Shown here: positions 25,901-40,700 of the stretch, one piece after another
How positions within the stretch are numbered: the first letter of the stretch is position 1
Layout of the letters: each line of letters begins with the position of its first letter
Position numbers and translations under genes: made by a program
The notes under the pieces: generated by a model
The model's database searches: none
What the model was told of the DNA's origin: nothing
Seen by the model: the letters and a program-made list of their open reading frames with translations, nothing else
Source of the DNA: Trichoplax adhaerens
Taxonomy: Eukaryota > Animalia > Placozoa
Assembly: GCF_000150275.1 (NCBI RefSeq)
Contig: NW_002060948.1
Span: 3,741,360 to 3,805,359 of the forward strand
Direction: 5' to 3'
DNA length: 64,000 bases

Positions 25901-27797
25901 TGAAGAAACTTTAAGATTGTATGCTGCTACTGAAAAGAAGATTCTAAGTAAAATATATAGTAACAAATCTAGACCGTCAATTGAGGATGAGGTTCGTTAT
26001 TGGTATTAAAATTTTTCCTTTAAATGAATAAATTTATATTGCATATACCGCGTTTGAATATACATGAACAGTTAAAACTTTGAATTAAAATTGCTTAAAA
26101 ACCGATAAAAGTAGGGTTCTATTGTATCAATAGGGAGAGTTTTACGTTATACCTTTAAGTTTCGTAAGAAAATGGCGTAACTTTATAAGGTACCTGATTA
26201 GTGCGGCTCAATTTATAGGCTAAACTATGGATATATTTTATTAGTAGTTTAATAGGCTAAAAGTAATTCCTGATGTGAAGGTCATATTTTCAATTGTAGG
26301 CAACCAATAGTAAAGTGTCGTCCTAAGCAAATTAATCTATCTGAAATTCTTTGCGAACACAATAAACTTCCGTTCGATCCTTTGATGGATCTCGATGGAG
26401 ATAAAATGTGATTTTATTTGCCCTTTGTTAATGTATGCTGTCATTTGGGTTACTCTTGCATCGCATTCATAAATTTCTTCATCATTTGTTATTCCGGTTT
26501 GATGATTTAGTTACGTTAATGTGACTACAGAAGAATGGGTTAATCTGCTTAATTTTTATGGAACTACAAGTGAAACTTGTAAAGAAATTAAGATCACGGT
26601 TAAAGATAGATTATGTGAATGTTTTCCGCCATGTTGCCAAATCTGTATTGATAGCTTAATAGAAAGAAGAGCAACAGAGATTAAAACGTACAGAAACGCC
26701 AGAATTTACATCAGTAAGGAGAATCCAGATGATGAAAAGTGTATCGGTCCTTCTCATGATGAATGCGAGGTACGCATTTGAACTTACTGATCTAAATTTA
26801 CCGAAATTTTAATGATTTTTTTCTTACTGTAGATGTATTAGCGTAGTATTTTAATTGGATACATATAACTAGCTATCTTTGATTTGATCATTTGAAAAAG
26901 CACCCTTATCTCCTATTTGTTGTCAAATAAATTAAAATTTTATAATTATTTAGAATATTCAAAAAGAATCTCGTAAACGTAGCATTACGACAATTTCTCC
27001 GTTGAGGCGTAGTAAACGGTGAGTTCTCGTAAATGGGTTGTTGGTATTGTAATCTTTACACCAGCGTTTACAAAAGTTGGATATTGAACTGGTGTCCATG
27101 GCTCTTCTTGATTTTAATACATTATAGATGTCGCCCCGGTGAAGTTGCAGTTACAATTTCATCTGATGAAACTTTACGCGATCTAAAGTTGAAGGTATGG
27201 TGAATAGATTTTTACTGGCACGTATTTATATTTATCTATTTATTGGTCAATCTATGGCTTACTATACGATTATTTAGGTTATGACTGAATTTCAAGTTGC
27301 ACCCTTTGATCAACACCTTCATTTGAATGGTTGCGAACTATTTGATAATGACCGTACGTTGGGAAATTCAGGAATCTTACCCGATTGTCGTCTGACGTTG
27401 AAAGTACTGTATTTTAACTCTTTTCGTTTAATTTTAGCTATCGGATCTAGCATTTATTGTCATATATTCATATAATTTGTTTACTTTAACAGATAGATTT
27501 GCCTGTAGAAATAACTGAAGAACCCCGAGGTAAGATGAAGTATCGTAGCTTTTAATTTTTTATTAGATATGATATAAACTTCATATTTAGGGCAACTTAA
27601 CGGTTAAAATATTTCTATTAAATTTGTAATAGAACCTGAAGCTGGATTTATGGGTATTACAAACATCGAATTCTCATAATATTTTGATTTCATGAATGTT
27701 TACGTCTTTCATGGGGATTATTTGCTAATAATTTCAAATTTTCTTTTAAATTTGTGTTACGGTTTTAGGTACAGGCCTTGTGAGTTTTTCAAGTTAA
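19905..27797 (+). CDS. USP48: Ubiquitin carboxyl-terminal hydrolase 48 (USP domain, DUSP domains, C-terminal ubiquitin-like domain), ~32 exons
   Basis: Exon 1 MKGKQ...DWEWAKEST...VY; exon 2 NCRSNPNCLVHLGE; Cys box GLRNLGATCYVNSLLQVWF; QQQDIQEF; His box IHRGAGTQSGHYFTHIK; WYVFNDE; SRSAYMLVY; LYGGGPRL; UBL VAPFDQHL; C-terminus PEAGFMGTGLVSFSS*. All are characteristic of USP48. Confidence 0.93.
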
Positions 27798-28694
27798 GCA
27801 AGTCTTCGATCTGAACTTGTGACAAAATTGATGTATTTATAACTGTTACATATAAATAACCCAAGAAAATTTCGGTGTAAAGGCCAACAAGGACAGATAG
27901 CTAGACTATTCATGTATATTTCGATTGATGATTGAGCTTTTAGAATATCGATTACGATAAACTCTATCATGTTGTGTTGATGTGCATAGTTTTATTTGCT
28001 TTGATATTTGTATAATAGTAAATACGTATGTGTATTTCACGTTTTGGCCAATAATGTTGAATATGATATAGGTACGAACGTTTAATAATTCAAAAATAAT
28101 TGAGCGTAACAAAGTTTTTTTGCTGTGACAGTCAGCATTAACTGTCACTAGATGATAACGATTACGGTCCCTATACTGTGTAAATATATACAGTAATGAT
28201 AACAAATGTATTATAGTCAAAACTAATAATGATTATCAGCGTATGACTGATACTTTATTAATTTCCTATAAATATCAAAATCCTAGCTTATTTGCTGGGC
28301 AGTGTATCATGAATGTATTTCTAAAGTATTTTATCATGAAAGTTTAATGTACTGTGTATCGCGGTCCATTCAATGACGGTAACAATAGTACTAATAGTTG
28401 TACGCAACTTCAATAGCTGGATTTCAATTGATGATTGAAGATCATGTATGATCAATAAAGAGGTATAACTTTGGTAGACATCTTGAGAATGAGCATCAAT
28501 TAATAGTCAGTACAGTAGTATAGGGAATAAGAAAGATTCTATTTATTACAAGAAAACATTTCAGAACAATAACATGATAACCAGTATGACAGCAACGGCC
28601 GTAAGTACGATACACTACAGTAGAATACAGGTAGTATTAACAACATTTTTAAGATCAAACCTTTTCGTGTAATAGTTATAATAATTAATTAAGA

Positions 28695-31600
28695 TTATCC
28701 GTCATAAAAAGTTGGTAATTTATCGCCAGAAATGATTGTTCGATTTATTCCATCTTTATCAATGGAAGCTAAGCGAATCACGCCACCTGAAGATCCGTCC
28801 CGAGACATTGCCAGAGCAACAGCTATAAATTACCAATTGAAAATAGTTAGATATTTATATAGATTTTGGAATTTGATAACAGTAACTAACGAACCTTGTT
28901 TTACAAAATCCAAGCATTCGTTTTTGCTCATATTAGGCTTATAGTGGGCATCACAATATCCGTAGATGTAAGTACTACCAGAACCTTATCAACAAAATAT
29001 ACGAGTAAGTACACAATCGCATATTACTTATCAAATATGGTTTGCATACTTTGACTCAAAGTATGCTACAACTCATTGATTTCAGATCAATTTCACTATT
29101 TTGGCTTAAGGTTATTTTGAGTACTTACCACCAATAGTAAATGGCCGACGTACGCACATGCCACCAAGAGGAATAACGTAAACCTAATCATGTATCATAA
29201 TATATTTAGAGTGACTGTATTTAGATCTTAAGTAACTGTTACTTCACATCGTAGTATACTAAGTGCATATAGTTTATAAAATTTACCTGGCCACCCTTGA
29301 AGCAATCCCAACCAGCACAAATAATTCCTGCTACCATGCTGTCTCTATATCTGTAACACATGTCGCGGAATATACTCGACGCAGTTTCAACTAGGGGTTC
29401 TTCATCTAGTTCCATCCTTTGGTTAAGGATTACAAAATAGCAATTAGTTCAATTTTTAATCTTAAGGGGTGGTTTAAGACATTCAAAATCTACTTACTTG
29501 TGAAAGTTTAGGCTGTAGGCAACAATATCTGCAATTGCTTGCGTATCAGCAGCGGAACCGGATCGACAGCAGTAAATACTATCACTAATCCGCGTTAACT
29601 TGTCTGTTACCCGATTAACAACATAGGATCTAATCGATTGATTGGTTTCAATATTACCGCAGTTAATTTCAAGCACTAGAATAGAAATTCTGACACCAGG
29701 GTCAATACTTTCAATTTCTTTATCCTTACCCAGACGTTGTTCGAGAATCCGCACCAATTACTACGCCACCGTCGTATTCAACTGCCATAATTGTTGTCTA
29801 TTAGTTGATTTAGCATAGGATAAATAGAATTGATATCATCAGCGATCAAATTCAATATTGCTAATAAATGATCATACGCGTAATTATTTTTACTTTATAT
29901 CATTGCTGTAAGACAATACAACTACGATTGTAGAAGTTATCTATAGCGGTGGCTATAACATGTAGAACTTCAAACAGTCATGAGCGAAATTAGCAGACAA
30001 GGGTTATGTAGCAAATGTCAAATTATGAGACACTTGTAGCACATCAGTGAACGGATTTGTTTTCAATTGTATCCATATTTTCCGTGTGTGAATTATACGT
30101 TAGTGAGCATATTATGGAATAAAGCATGCCATTATAGGATTGACGTGATGTAACACCGAAATCTGTAGTGACGATGGTAAAACTGTAACTTCTGTGGATG
30201 CTGCTTCTCGTAGAATAATTAAGTTATTTGATATTTTCTATGGATTATCCTATACCGTGAGTATTTCGTATTTACTGTTCAGCCTGGAGTACACGAGTAA
30301 ATAGGATTACGTTATTGCACGTAGGGGGGATTTTAGTGATTGCGCCTGTAAAAAGACTACAGTATATAGGACAAAATCAGCACTGATTGTTTGAGTTAAT
30401 TACACTATACGAAGATCTTTAGGTCACCTACTACATCAGTAGAAATCGACCACTCTTTTATAGAATTAGTATACGATATGTCCTCGAGTCTACACTGGAA
30501 GAAAGTATATGTAAGCGTTTATCCACTTTGGTAGTGTATCAACATTATAGATGAAGGGCCACATAGAAGCTTTTGGTTGATGCTGCTTCTAATTCCCGTC
30601 ATAATATGAAGTGGCTATGATGTCCATCTTAAACACCAAGTAGCTTCCTAGGTATTGGGATAATTCTATAATACGTGTCGTTGAGCTATGCAAAGATTGT
30701 AGGGTAGTAGTATAGACGCGTCTGGAATTCAAAGTACTAGACGCGATGTAAGTCTGACTACTAGCTACAATAAATTATACAAAGAAGAGCCAGCTTTGAC
30801 ATATCGAGAACAGCGTCATGGACGCTAGTCTAAGCTAGTTCTGGTAAAGTCTTGCATGTATAACTCATCACATAATAATCGATCGACGTCTAGCAATGTG
30901 AGTAGTGTAGTCGTGGTAAGTCAACATTGATTGATGATGGTCATACTGTAGAAAGATTGTAGATTTATGATTAGACATACTGATTGAAGTCATTCTATAA
31001 CTGTTCAGCGATGCAGTAGTCTCTATATGTAGAAGTCAAGTGGCAGAACTAGAGTAACTGACCGTTCTACTTCGGATTAGAGTAATTATTCCCATTTTAA
31101 TATACGATGTTGGCACGTTACACATTTATCCGATCATTGCCTACCTGGAGATCCTTTCATGCGTGTATTTCAAATCCATGATATTGTTCACTATAGTCTA
31201 CACTATCACTCTTTCAATATGGACAATTGTTGAGTATCAGTTTTAAAACAACCATTAGAGGAAAGTATCCTATAGAATAGGGCTTATTGATTCACTGTTA
31301 CTGCATAAGAGAGATTTTTTGATGCACTGTGTGCCATCCCTAGTCAGTCTGATGTAGCACTATCGCTTTAGCTGGTGATTGAAAATGTTGTTGGTAAAGA
31401 GCAGCGTCATAGTGACGTGAGTCCGAGTACTGGGAAATAATTATTGCACCAATCTTGGACGTGCCACTCATGGATATGGAACGAATAACATAGTCATCGA
31501 TCGATGTATGGCTAAGTAAATAGTCCTGAATGACTGATGATGTATATAACCTTGCTGTTTGAACATTATGATCCACTACAGAAGATATCCATTTATCCAT

Positions 31601-31815
31601 CGCAACGAGTGGAAAGGATAAAAGAAACTACAAAGACTAATGGATCGCTATAGAGATAGACTACCGTAGTACTTTTTTTGAACTCTACTGTATCCACATC
31701 AGACGAATACAAGCTGCAATGGACTTACCCCAGTCATCACTTCAGAATTCAGCCAATCTGGCGAGCTATCGCTAAAGGCAGTATCATTACTATTGGTTAT
31801 TAAATTAACGGCCAT
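28695..31815 (-). CDS. PSMB6: 20S proteasome catalytic subunit beta-1 (PSMB6/PRE3), 7 exons, 229 aa
   Basis: Exons 31729-31815 (propeptide ending EVMTG), 29730-29797 ([21 protein letters not shown]), 29498-29629 ([20 protein letters not shown]), 29287-29416, 29129-29183, 28895-28984 ([10 protein letters not shown]) and 28695-28822 ([10 protein letters not shown]); 690 nt in frame. Confidence 0.95.
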
Positions 31816-31893
31816 CTTCGAAGGCTATTTACTCCTTAACTGTAGTCCAAGTTGCAAAAAATAGTCAGCGCTTTGCCTGGGAAGGAAAGGAAA

Positions 31894-32521
31894 GGCCTCG
31901 GACTAGACGGTGTTGGTGATCCAGTTTGCGCATGCGTATGATAACCCAAGAGCCACCATGGAAAAAATGAATTGATTGATTCTTAGCAAGAGACTGGTCT
32001 AATGATAGTGGATCCTTTGCAATTCTGCGTTCTATACGAAAAACAGTATGTTGTAGCTCATGTTTCAGTAGGCATTGCCATCGATCAGCCTAGGATTGTC
32101 AGGGCCTCGGACTAGACGGAGTTGGTGACCCAGTTTGCGCATGCGTATGACAACCCAAGAGCCACCATGGAAAAAATGAATTGATTGATTCTTAGCAAGA
32201 GACTGGTCTAATGATAGTGGATCCTCTTTCAATTCTACGTTCTATACGAAAAACAGTATGTTGTAGCTCATGTTTTAGTAGGCCTTGCCATCGATCAGCC
32301 TAGGATTGTCAGGGCCTCGGACTAGACGGAGTTGGTGACCCAGTTTGCGCATGCGTGTGACAACCCAAGAGCCACCATGGAAAAAATGAATTGATTGATT
32401 CTTAGCAAGAGACTGGTCTAATGATAGAGGATTCTCTTGCAATTCTACGTTGTATACGAAAAACACTATGGAATAGCTCATGTTTTAGTAGGCATAGCGA
32501 TAGATCAGCCTAGGATTGTCA
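31894..32521. repeat. Three near-identical ~210 bp tandem copies beginning ~80 bp upstream of the PSMB6 ATG
   Basis: ggcctcggactagacgg starts at 31894, 32103 and 32313; each unit ends gatcagcctaggattgtca. Confidence 0.95.
31927..31936. promoter_or_regulatory. NRF1 (nuclear respiratory factor 1/ewg-type) element TGCGCATGCG, repeated at 32136-32145 and 32346-32355
   Basis: GC-rich palindromic core GCGCATGCG in an AT-rich background, ~110 bp upstream of a housekeeping gene start. Confidence 0.45.
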
Positions 32522-34845
32522 TAGCTCGAGACATGGATTCTGCGCTGTAGGAGTCGTTTGGTGACTTGTATGTTTGAAAAGAGTAAGACCAAAGTATGAC
32601 TGTGCAGTATACACACTAGCCCTTGGTACAGTACAGTACCCTTGATCGGAAACAACTGAGTTGTGTGAACAATACTTGTCACCATGACTTCATACGCCAA
32701 CCAGAACTGGAGGAGGAACTGCGACAGCGGCTGCGCGAATGAAAGGGTTAACACATATGTTTTATTTTACTTTATACGGTACTGTGTACAGTATGATGGT
32801 CTCAGCGTCCGGCTATCGGTCATACTGTACAATGTACAGTACACACTGTATATCCATATTGGCAAAAACGACACAACGAAGTGTTGATACAATAAAACAA
32901 GGACGACAAGGTTTTCTTCCATTTTTACTGTCCTAACACTAACAGGGATCTATTGGCCGCTCACAGTCGACAATTTTTGTGAGTGGAAATGGACAAGCGT
33001 AATCGTACCCCCGGGTTAATAGTCCTAATTCTTTTTCTGGTTAACGTATAGCTGTACACTGTTACAGTATTGTGATCAATAATGGATCGTATACTATGAA
33101 GAGTTAGGGAAAGATCATGATATGTACAATATTTGGCTAGTTTCTGTTGTGTAGTAGGTGACTATAGGACCTGTACTTTCCCATTTACCCATTTTTCATG
33201 CTGATACATACAACACGAGTTGAGATAGTCCATTTTATGCTACGAATCTACCACGCACAGTATTGGTGTACTGTATTCGTAACTTGAACACATTTGATGT
33301 CAATTTCAATGACATATTCGCATAAAGCATCTTCTTTCCAATCAAATGATACCAAATTTGTCTAATATGGACTTGAAATTAAAATGTCCTAGAATTTCAA
33401 ACAGTAGAGACACGCTGTAGTACAAGATCCTCGTCATAGGTAGAGTCAGTACCACTGTGCAAGGGCATCCAGTTTTTGAAGTCTATGTGGTCATGCTTGC
33501 CTATGGTGATAGCAACACCAAACATATGACATTGTTGTTCAATGGCTCTACAGTACAAGCGCATTGGCAACAAAAATACGTCATAACCTATCCGCAACCG
33601 TCAGTCCAAATTAGAACCTGTCCCTCAATGGCAGGCAAGTTTTACACAATATTCAGTGCCGTACTGTACCGATCGTAATAGTAGAACCCTTGTCTGCTTT
33701 TTCAATTTTCAATGACTCTGACTGTACCGTCTTGTCCTGTCCTGCTGTATTGAAAAAAAAAGAATTGTATTATCCAACTCAATCCCCAAAAAGGAAAGAA
33801 ACGCTGAAACTTTTCAATTCCCAGGGGCTTTTATTATCCTCCTACTCAGAATAAGTTAATCCATTCTACGTCAAGACTTTATTGCACACTGCACAATCTA
33901 GGTTGAGATAAGTCATACCACCCAATTTTGACTTGACTGAATCATCATTTTTCTTTCCCTGATAGCGCATAAAATCAATTCATAAAAATGAAAAATACAG
34001 TACGGTAAAATCAGCTTTGAAGGCTGCAACATTCCTTTATGTGACGTTGCACAGCTGTACTGAACCGTCATGGCGTTGGCACGGTAATCAACCGGAACTG
34101 TAAATCACTTGTACTACAGTTACTGTACCATACTGTAGTACTGCATTGGAGAAATTTATTTTGCATATACAGCCAATGGTCAATTTTGGATTTGGTTGTT
34201 ATACTGTACGACAGCAAATTGTATTACGTGTATTACGGGCGTACAGTATGTCACACATACGCCATTACTCCGTTGGTTGTTTTGGCTAAAGTACCGCCAG
34301 AACTGTACTGTACCGATACGGCAGTATTGGTAGTTTTTGGGGAACGTGCACGATTGGACTGCAAAGTGATTTTCTTTCCAAATTGGAGCCATTTTCAAAT
34401 TTGCAATAAAGCGAGTCAAAAAGCGTTCAAGACACATTTGAATATCGAGTTAGATGGATAATTTATTAAATGACTTTGACGTACATTTTTTTCAGTCATT
34501 CTTTAACGTAAATTATGAATGAAATGAATTTTTGTCCGCGAGTTCAACATTAAAATTGCATTTCATTAACATAGAATAGACATTACAACGTAGCACGGTG
34601 AACAACAAACAATGGCTAAATAGTTCAGCGCCTTTTACTGGCAATTTTTTGGACTCTAATTTTGTAACAAGATGCGGCGACTGATTAAAATTGCAGAAAT
34701 ATTCGTAATCATAACATTTAAATAGAGTTCAAGTTAAATTCGGCACCATTTTCATGTAGTGCCACTATATTGAAATCTACATTTTGAAGTCAGTCATCTA
34801 CACTACATTATACAGGTAAATTTGCTTTAGGGGTTATCAATTTCT

Positions 34846-35265
<420 letters not shown>

Positions 35266-35280
35266 TCAAAAAATTTTCAA

Positions 35281-35407
35281 CTGTGAAAAAAAAAGTAACG
35301 GCGGAAAAAATGATTTGGCGTATCTACTGTAACGTACGAAAGCAGCGGTATCCAATCTAGAATGAGGTGACGGAGGATTTCAAACTACTTTTTATTACTG
35401 TAGTTAC
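35281..35407 (-). other. Probable 5'-UTR intron of H3.3
   Basis: Minus-strand donor ACG|GTAACT at 35407 and a strong acceptor TTTTTTTTCACAG| ending at 35281, 24 nt before the ATG. Confidence 0.6.
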
Positions 35408-35558
35408 CGTGTACTGTATTGCAAAACACGACCAGTAAAATTTCGCCAATACAGTACTGTACAGTTATGATAGCTATAATAATAGAAAACAATTCCTAAA
35501 AAATGATCCAAGTAACAAACACAGCTAATTGCACTGTCGAATTTGGCAAACAATGTCA

Positions 35559-35634
35559 CGCATGCGTTACAAAATCGGATTTTCGATCCAGATTGATTTT
35601 TAGAGCTCAATTTGGAGCTGAAATGAGCTATTGG
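35559..35634 (-). promoter_or_regulatory. Putative H3.3 promoter elements: CGCATGCG (NRF1-like) and a CCAAT box
   Basis: CGCATGCG at 35559-35566; ATTGG (CCAAT on the minus strand) at ~35630-35634, upstream of the inferred non-coding first exon. Confidence 0.4.
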
Positions 35635-35869
35635 AGCAATTATTTTCCCAAATATTATCTCCCTTTTCAAAAGTAGTCATAGCTTGATAATCACTAGGTA
35701 TATCAGTATCCTATTTAGATGTAGTATGACAATGATTATCAATGGTCTCAAATCTACATTCATTTTGGATATATACCCATTTTTTTAATTTATTGACAAT
35801 TTCGAATTATCAAATTATTTGCAAATCGACAGCCATCTTCTCAAATTACCCGGTAACAATCTCCTCAAT

Positions 35870-36360
35870 GTACATTGTACAGTACGGTAGAGTACTTATA
35901 TTATCCTTTTACTTTATATAGTGTACTGGTGTACTGTACAGCCGTATACGATGTGCTTTATTGTCCAGTCCAGTACGGTACGGTACAGTATGGTACCGCA
36001 GTGTTATTACACTTTCAACTTGGCTTCCACAGTACAGTACAGTACTGTACAGTACATTACAGGGTCTCTACAGTACATTGTACAATACAAAACAATACAA
36101 AGGCATCTAGTACTGTACTGTTATGAACTTCTAGAAATTACTAGTACAGTACTGTACACAGTACAGTGACCCTGTACAGTATACTGTAGTACTAGTACAG
36201 TACAAACTGTATAATGTACAGTACTGTATTGTACAGGAAGCATTTAAGAAAGGAAAATCGTACTGTACTGTACAGTATTCTCTCCACAGCACTCTACGCT
36301 ACAGTAGAACTCTCCATCCAACAAGGGCTTTACTGTACTGTACCATACCGTACCGAGATC
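35870..36360. repeat. TACAG/CTGTA (TACAGTACTGTA) low-complexity cluster
   Basis: Dense runs such as agtacagtacagtactgtacagtac and tacagtactgtacacagtacag. Confidence 0.8.
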
Positions 36361-36848
36361 ATTTCACAGAGAGTGACTCACTAGTACAACAGTGTCAGCA
36401 GCATTGCAAAACAGTTCGCTAGTTGAACGATGTACGTCAAAATACCACTCTACGTATACTGACTATACAGTATAGGCCATATATGAACATAACTTGTCCC
36501 TTTCACATGACTCACGATAGGAGTACTCCACCCCAAAAATGTGTCTGATTTGTCCTTTTTGGGGGGAAAAAAGGAGCGCAAATGAATCTTATTATACTGT
36601 ACGCTTATAGTATGCAACGATCGTAGATGGAGTAGATACTATTTCATGTTCTAAGCACCTTTTGCACCAGCTAACACCAGCAAAATAGCTGGATGCTAGA
36701 CGTAAGAATCTGAAGCTACCCTACTTACTGTACAGTACAGTGTACAGTACACAAACTAGACATTTCATTTTAAACTCTAGCCAGTGTTTTTTTCAATTTC
36801 ATGATTACACGCACAAGCTAAAGCTTGCACGCATCATCAATCGTCGTT

Positions 36849-37100
36849 AAAACTTTTCATAATGATGCATATTCAAGACAGTATTAGGCATATTTCAACT
36901 GTATTCATACTGTACTGCTAATACAAATGCTTAGTGTGAATAAAATCCCAAATTCTTACAATAACTAATTTATTTTTTAAACTTTTCATAGTGATGCATA
37001 TTCAAGACAGTATTAGGCATATTTCAACTGTATTCATACTGTACTGCTAGTACAAATGCTTAGTGTGAATAAAATCCCAAATTCTTACAATAACTAATTT
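36849..37100. repeat. Near-perfect ~130 bp tandem duplication downstream of KCNAB
   Basis: aaacttttcata(a/g)tgatgcatattcaagacag...cttacaataactaattt at 36849 and ~36979. Confidence 0.92.
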
Positions 37101-37777
37101 CAGGAAAAAATGCTGCAAGCAGGCAACAGTTCATTGTTTATATCATAGCTAGCAATGAATACTTTATTCAGCTAATATGGAAACATAATCGTAAGGCGCT
37201 CTTCAAAAGCTATTATTAAAAAAGATTAAAACATTTCATAATATTTTCATTAAATTAAAGTTTTCTATGCACGAACCAATTTGAATTGTTAGCAGGGGTA
37301 AGCATTACTAATATCCATAGATATACTCTATAAGTATTGTCATATAAATCTCAGTGCGTTTTCCAATTTATACTCGATATTATATCAAAGTTATGAGCAA
37401 AGTTTTCACTATATTTAACTTGCTGGTGAAAAATAATTGCCAATCACTATCATGCCTACTAATAGTATAAGCAACTCAACGTACAGCAGCAAAATGGATC
37501 GTTTAAGAATAACAAGATTTAGCTTCGAAATGCACAATATTGAAGCCCAAGCGAATAAATTAAGTTTAAATAGTTTAAAAATGCTGGAATATGATCAGTC
37601 TTAAAAAACTATTATCCTAAAAGGAAATGCTGATTACTAATAATATTCGAGCTATAACATTAACTTGAGTCATCTTCCCAATTTATATAAAATAAGTCAG
37701 CACCCGTGTACAGTTCGAATGTACGCGTACGCGTATGTAACATTTATGGAAGGTGATATTAAAAAAAAGGTAATAAA

Positions 37778-40700
37778 CTACTTTCGAAAAGCTTTGCTGA
37801 CAATGGGTTTGTTTCCCAATATTTCATCGATAGAATGCATCATGGAATGATCCAATTTTGGTAATATCTAAGTAACATAAATAATGATAAAGAACAACAT
37901 TCACCATTTTTTTGCTAATTTAAAATGCTAACTGATATGTCAATACAGGCTTACCGCTATTGCCGTGATGTTCTCTTTCAACTGATGAGAATTTTTAGCC
38001 CCTAAAAGCACGCAGTTCGCACGATCATTCTTTAAACACCAAGCAATAGCCAATTGGCATAGTGTACAATCTATTCGATCGGCGATAATTTGTAGTTCCT
38101 TTAATTTAGCTTGCATCCGTCTACCTTCTTCACTTTGAATTTTTTCTCTCCACCAATCGAAATTCTAACATATACAAGATATTAAAGTTAAATCAAAGAG
38201 GGCTTTGTTAAGAAATAGTCGTGTATAGATTTTGCATGAACTTATTATTGATACTAATTTCATGAACGATACCGACACTCAATGACGCTCGAGAATCTTC
38301 CGGTATTGTGTCATCCATGTACTTTCCACTAAGTACACCACCAGCTAATGGTGACCATGTAACCGCACCTACACCTGAATGATGGGTTCTAAGATTAAAT
38401 AATTATTTACAGATGTCATATTATGATGAATTAACAGAGCTTACCACATTTATCGTATAAATTTTTTTTAACTGCCTCCATCTGCTCACGACACATGAAG
38501 TGATACCTGCGGGTAAAATATGATGATAATTGTGTATATAAGGCACGAGTCAATTAAGAGAAAGTGATACTTTTATACATTACTAACTCTGCTTGAATCG
38601 CAGTAGGGGGAATCAAATTATATTGTCTCGCCACGGCATATGCTTCCTAAAAAAGAAATTGTAATATCTTCTATGAATGAAATGGATATTAATAAAGTAG
38701 CAATGTTCTGTAATAAAAGGACTAACCATAACATCAGCTTCAGTCCATTGCGATACCCCCCAATAAAATGCCAAACCTATGAAAAACATTATTTAGAGTA
38801 AAAACATAAGATTGTGGATAAAAATTCTTGATAGGAAAATTTTTCTTCCATGAATGTACCTTGATTTATCACAAAAGTGAACGCCCGAACAATTTCTAAG
38901 GTGATAAATACGCGCATGTAAATTATTCAATACATCAAGATTAGAAACAAATCAGTTGATCTGTAGGCTACAATAAGAAGGTCTAATATATGCCTTTATA
39001 ATATCTTTACCTTCCATTGGTGTCGTAGAATCGGGCCTATTTGCAAAAACAATATCCACGTATTCTAATTGTAAGCGGTGTAGCGAGGCTTTTAGACCTA
39101 AAAGACGAAAAGAAACACAGTAGATTAGTATGAAAATACTGAACAAAGGCAAACACTATCTGTAAGTGCTGGAGAAAAAACTTTTTATTTTGTAAAATCG
39201 ATGGAGGATTAATAGCTACGCACGGGGATTGCCGTTGTACTTAATCACTTTGATAAAGATTATAATAAATACCTTCTATAATATGCTTTCTAGACAGGCC
39301 TTGCTCATTTTCCCCTCTAACGACAGACAGTAACATAAATTACATTGTACACACTTTATTAACTTTAACTTTTAATAAATCCAAATTGCAACCTTCCTCC
39401 CCAAAAGATCTTTGTACTTATGACCAAGGTCGAGCGCCTGTATATAGTAAGAAGTAACAACCAATCAATCATTAATTCTATTTGATATTTTCTATTTATA
39501 TTATAATTTACATAATGTACTACTGTCGATATATGGCAAATGTGGTTTTTCTCTCATGCTTTGAAATTTAAGTGGTAAAGAATGTAGCTATTCTTACTTG
39601 ATACTACAATATCGTTATGACCAATTTGTATTAAAAAAATCCATAAAATTTTTACTCAGCTGTTTCTAATTATCAACTTTGGCAACTATGAATGAACTAT
39701 AGATTACAAATAGCAATCTCAATCCTTTACCTCCATTGCTTCTTCCGTAATACCTGACCTAACACAATTTCAGCTCTGCCAACAAGAAAAGAAGTATGAT
39801 TGTTAGCTTTACATGCTTATTCATGACTACTAATCATAAAGTGTATGATGTAATTATAATACAACATCTACGTTGTTACAAGATAAAAATGACTGTGTAG
39901 TGTATATTTAGTGTATCCCTTAGTGCATAGTATTACGTGTCAAGATAAATGAAAATAGTACAACTACGTGCAGAGCAGTAAACAACTAAAATTTTACTTT
40001 GTCATACGGCTAAATTTTAAGCTATCTAGAATAGAATATATAGCACATCTTACTTTCCACCAGCGTATACTTCAGCTGTGTCGAAGAAATTGATACCATT
40101 TTCATATGCGACCGTAATTAATTCTTCAGCATGCTTATCAGTGAGATCAATAGTAATACTTAATATAGCCATATTAAATGAATAAGTTGACATCGCTGAT
40201 AATGATACTATTGATTAGATCAAATTATCTTGGATAAATAGCGGAATATTAAAAAATTTATGATTTTATGAAATTATTTAGTTATACAATATTATACTTT
40301 GTCGGAAACTTGAGATCCGAATGTTACCCACGTTCCTGCAATTATAAAAATCATGATAAAGTATGAGTATACTGCTTTGATTAGATGATTAAATTAGTAC
40401 TGCAAGCTATAGGGAAGACTGAGAGAGCAGAGATTCTATTTTGCTCCGCATTGATTTTAGATCGAAGAATTTTTCAACTTGTACGTTTGGTTGCAACGCA
40501 GAGCCACAGTGACGCAAGCTTGCATGCAATAAGATAAAATGAGGATTGCAATTCATAATAAATATATATTATAATTTAAGAGAGAGAGTTTCAGTATCAT
40601 GGCACACTCAATATATGGAAATTCAGTAATTCATGAGTTTACTAAGGTCCATTCTTTACAGGTTTACTGCTCTTTTGTTGATTACATACAAGTGAAGTTT

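Noticed and set aside
32640-32742. GC-rich frame ending HDFIRQPELEEELRQRLRE*
   Set aside because: Short, no supported start or splice partner, and no family I can recognise.
34780-34845. Replication-dependent histone 3' stem-loop
   Set aside because: No GGYYCTTTTCAGRRCC-like hairpin follows the stop codon, consistent with polyadenylated H3.3.
35875-36169. ORFs rich in YSTVQYC, also at 42711-42947
   Set aside because: Translations of TACAG/CTGTA low-complexity DNA.
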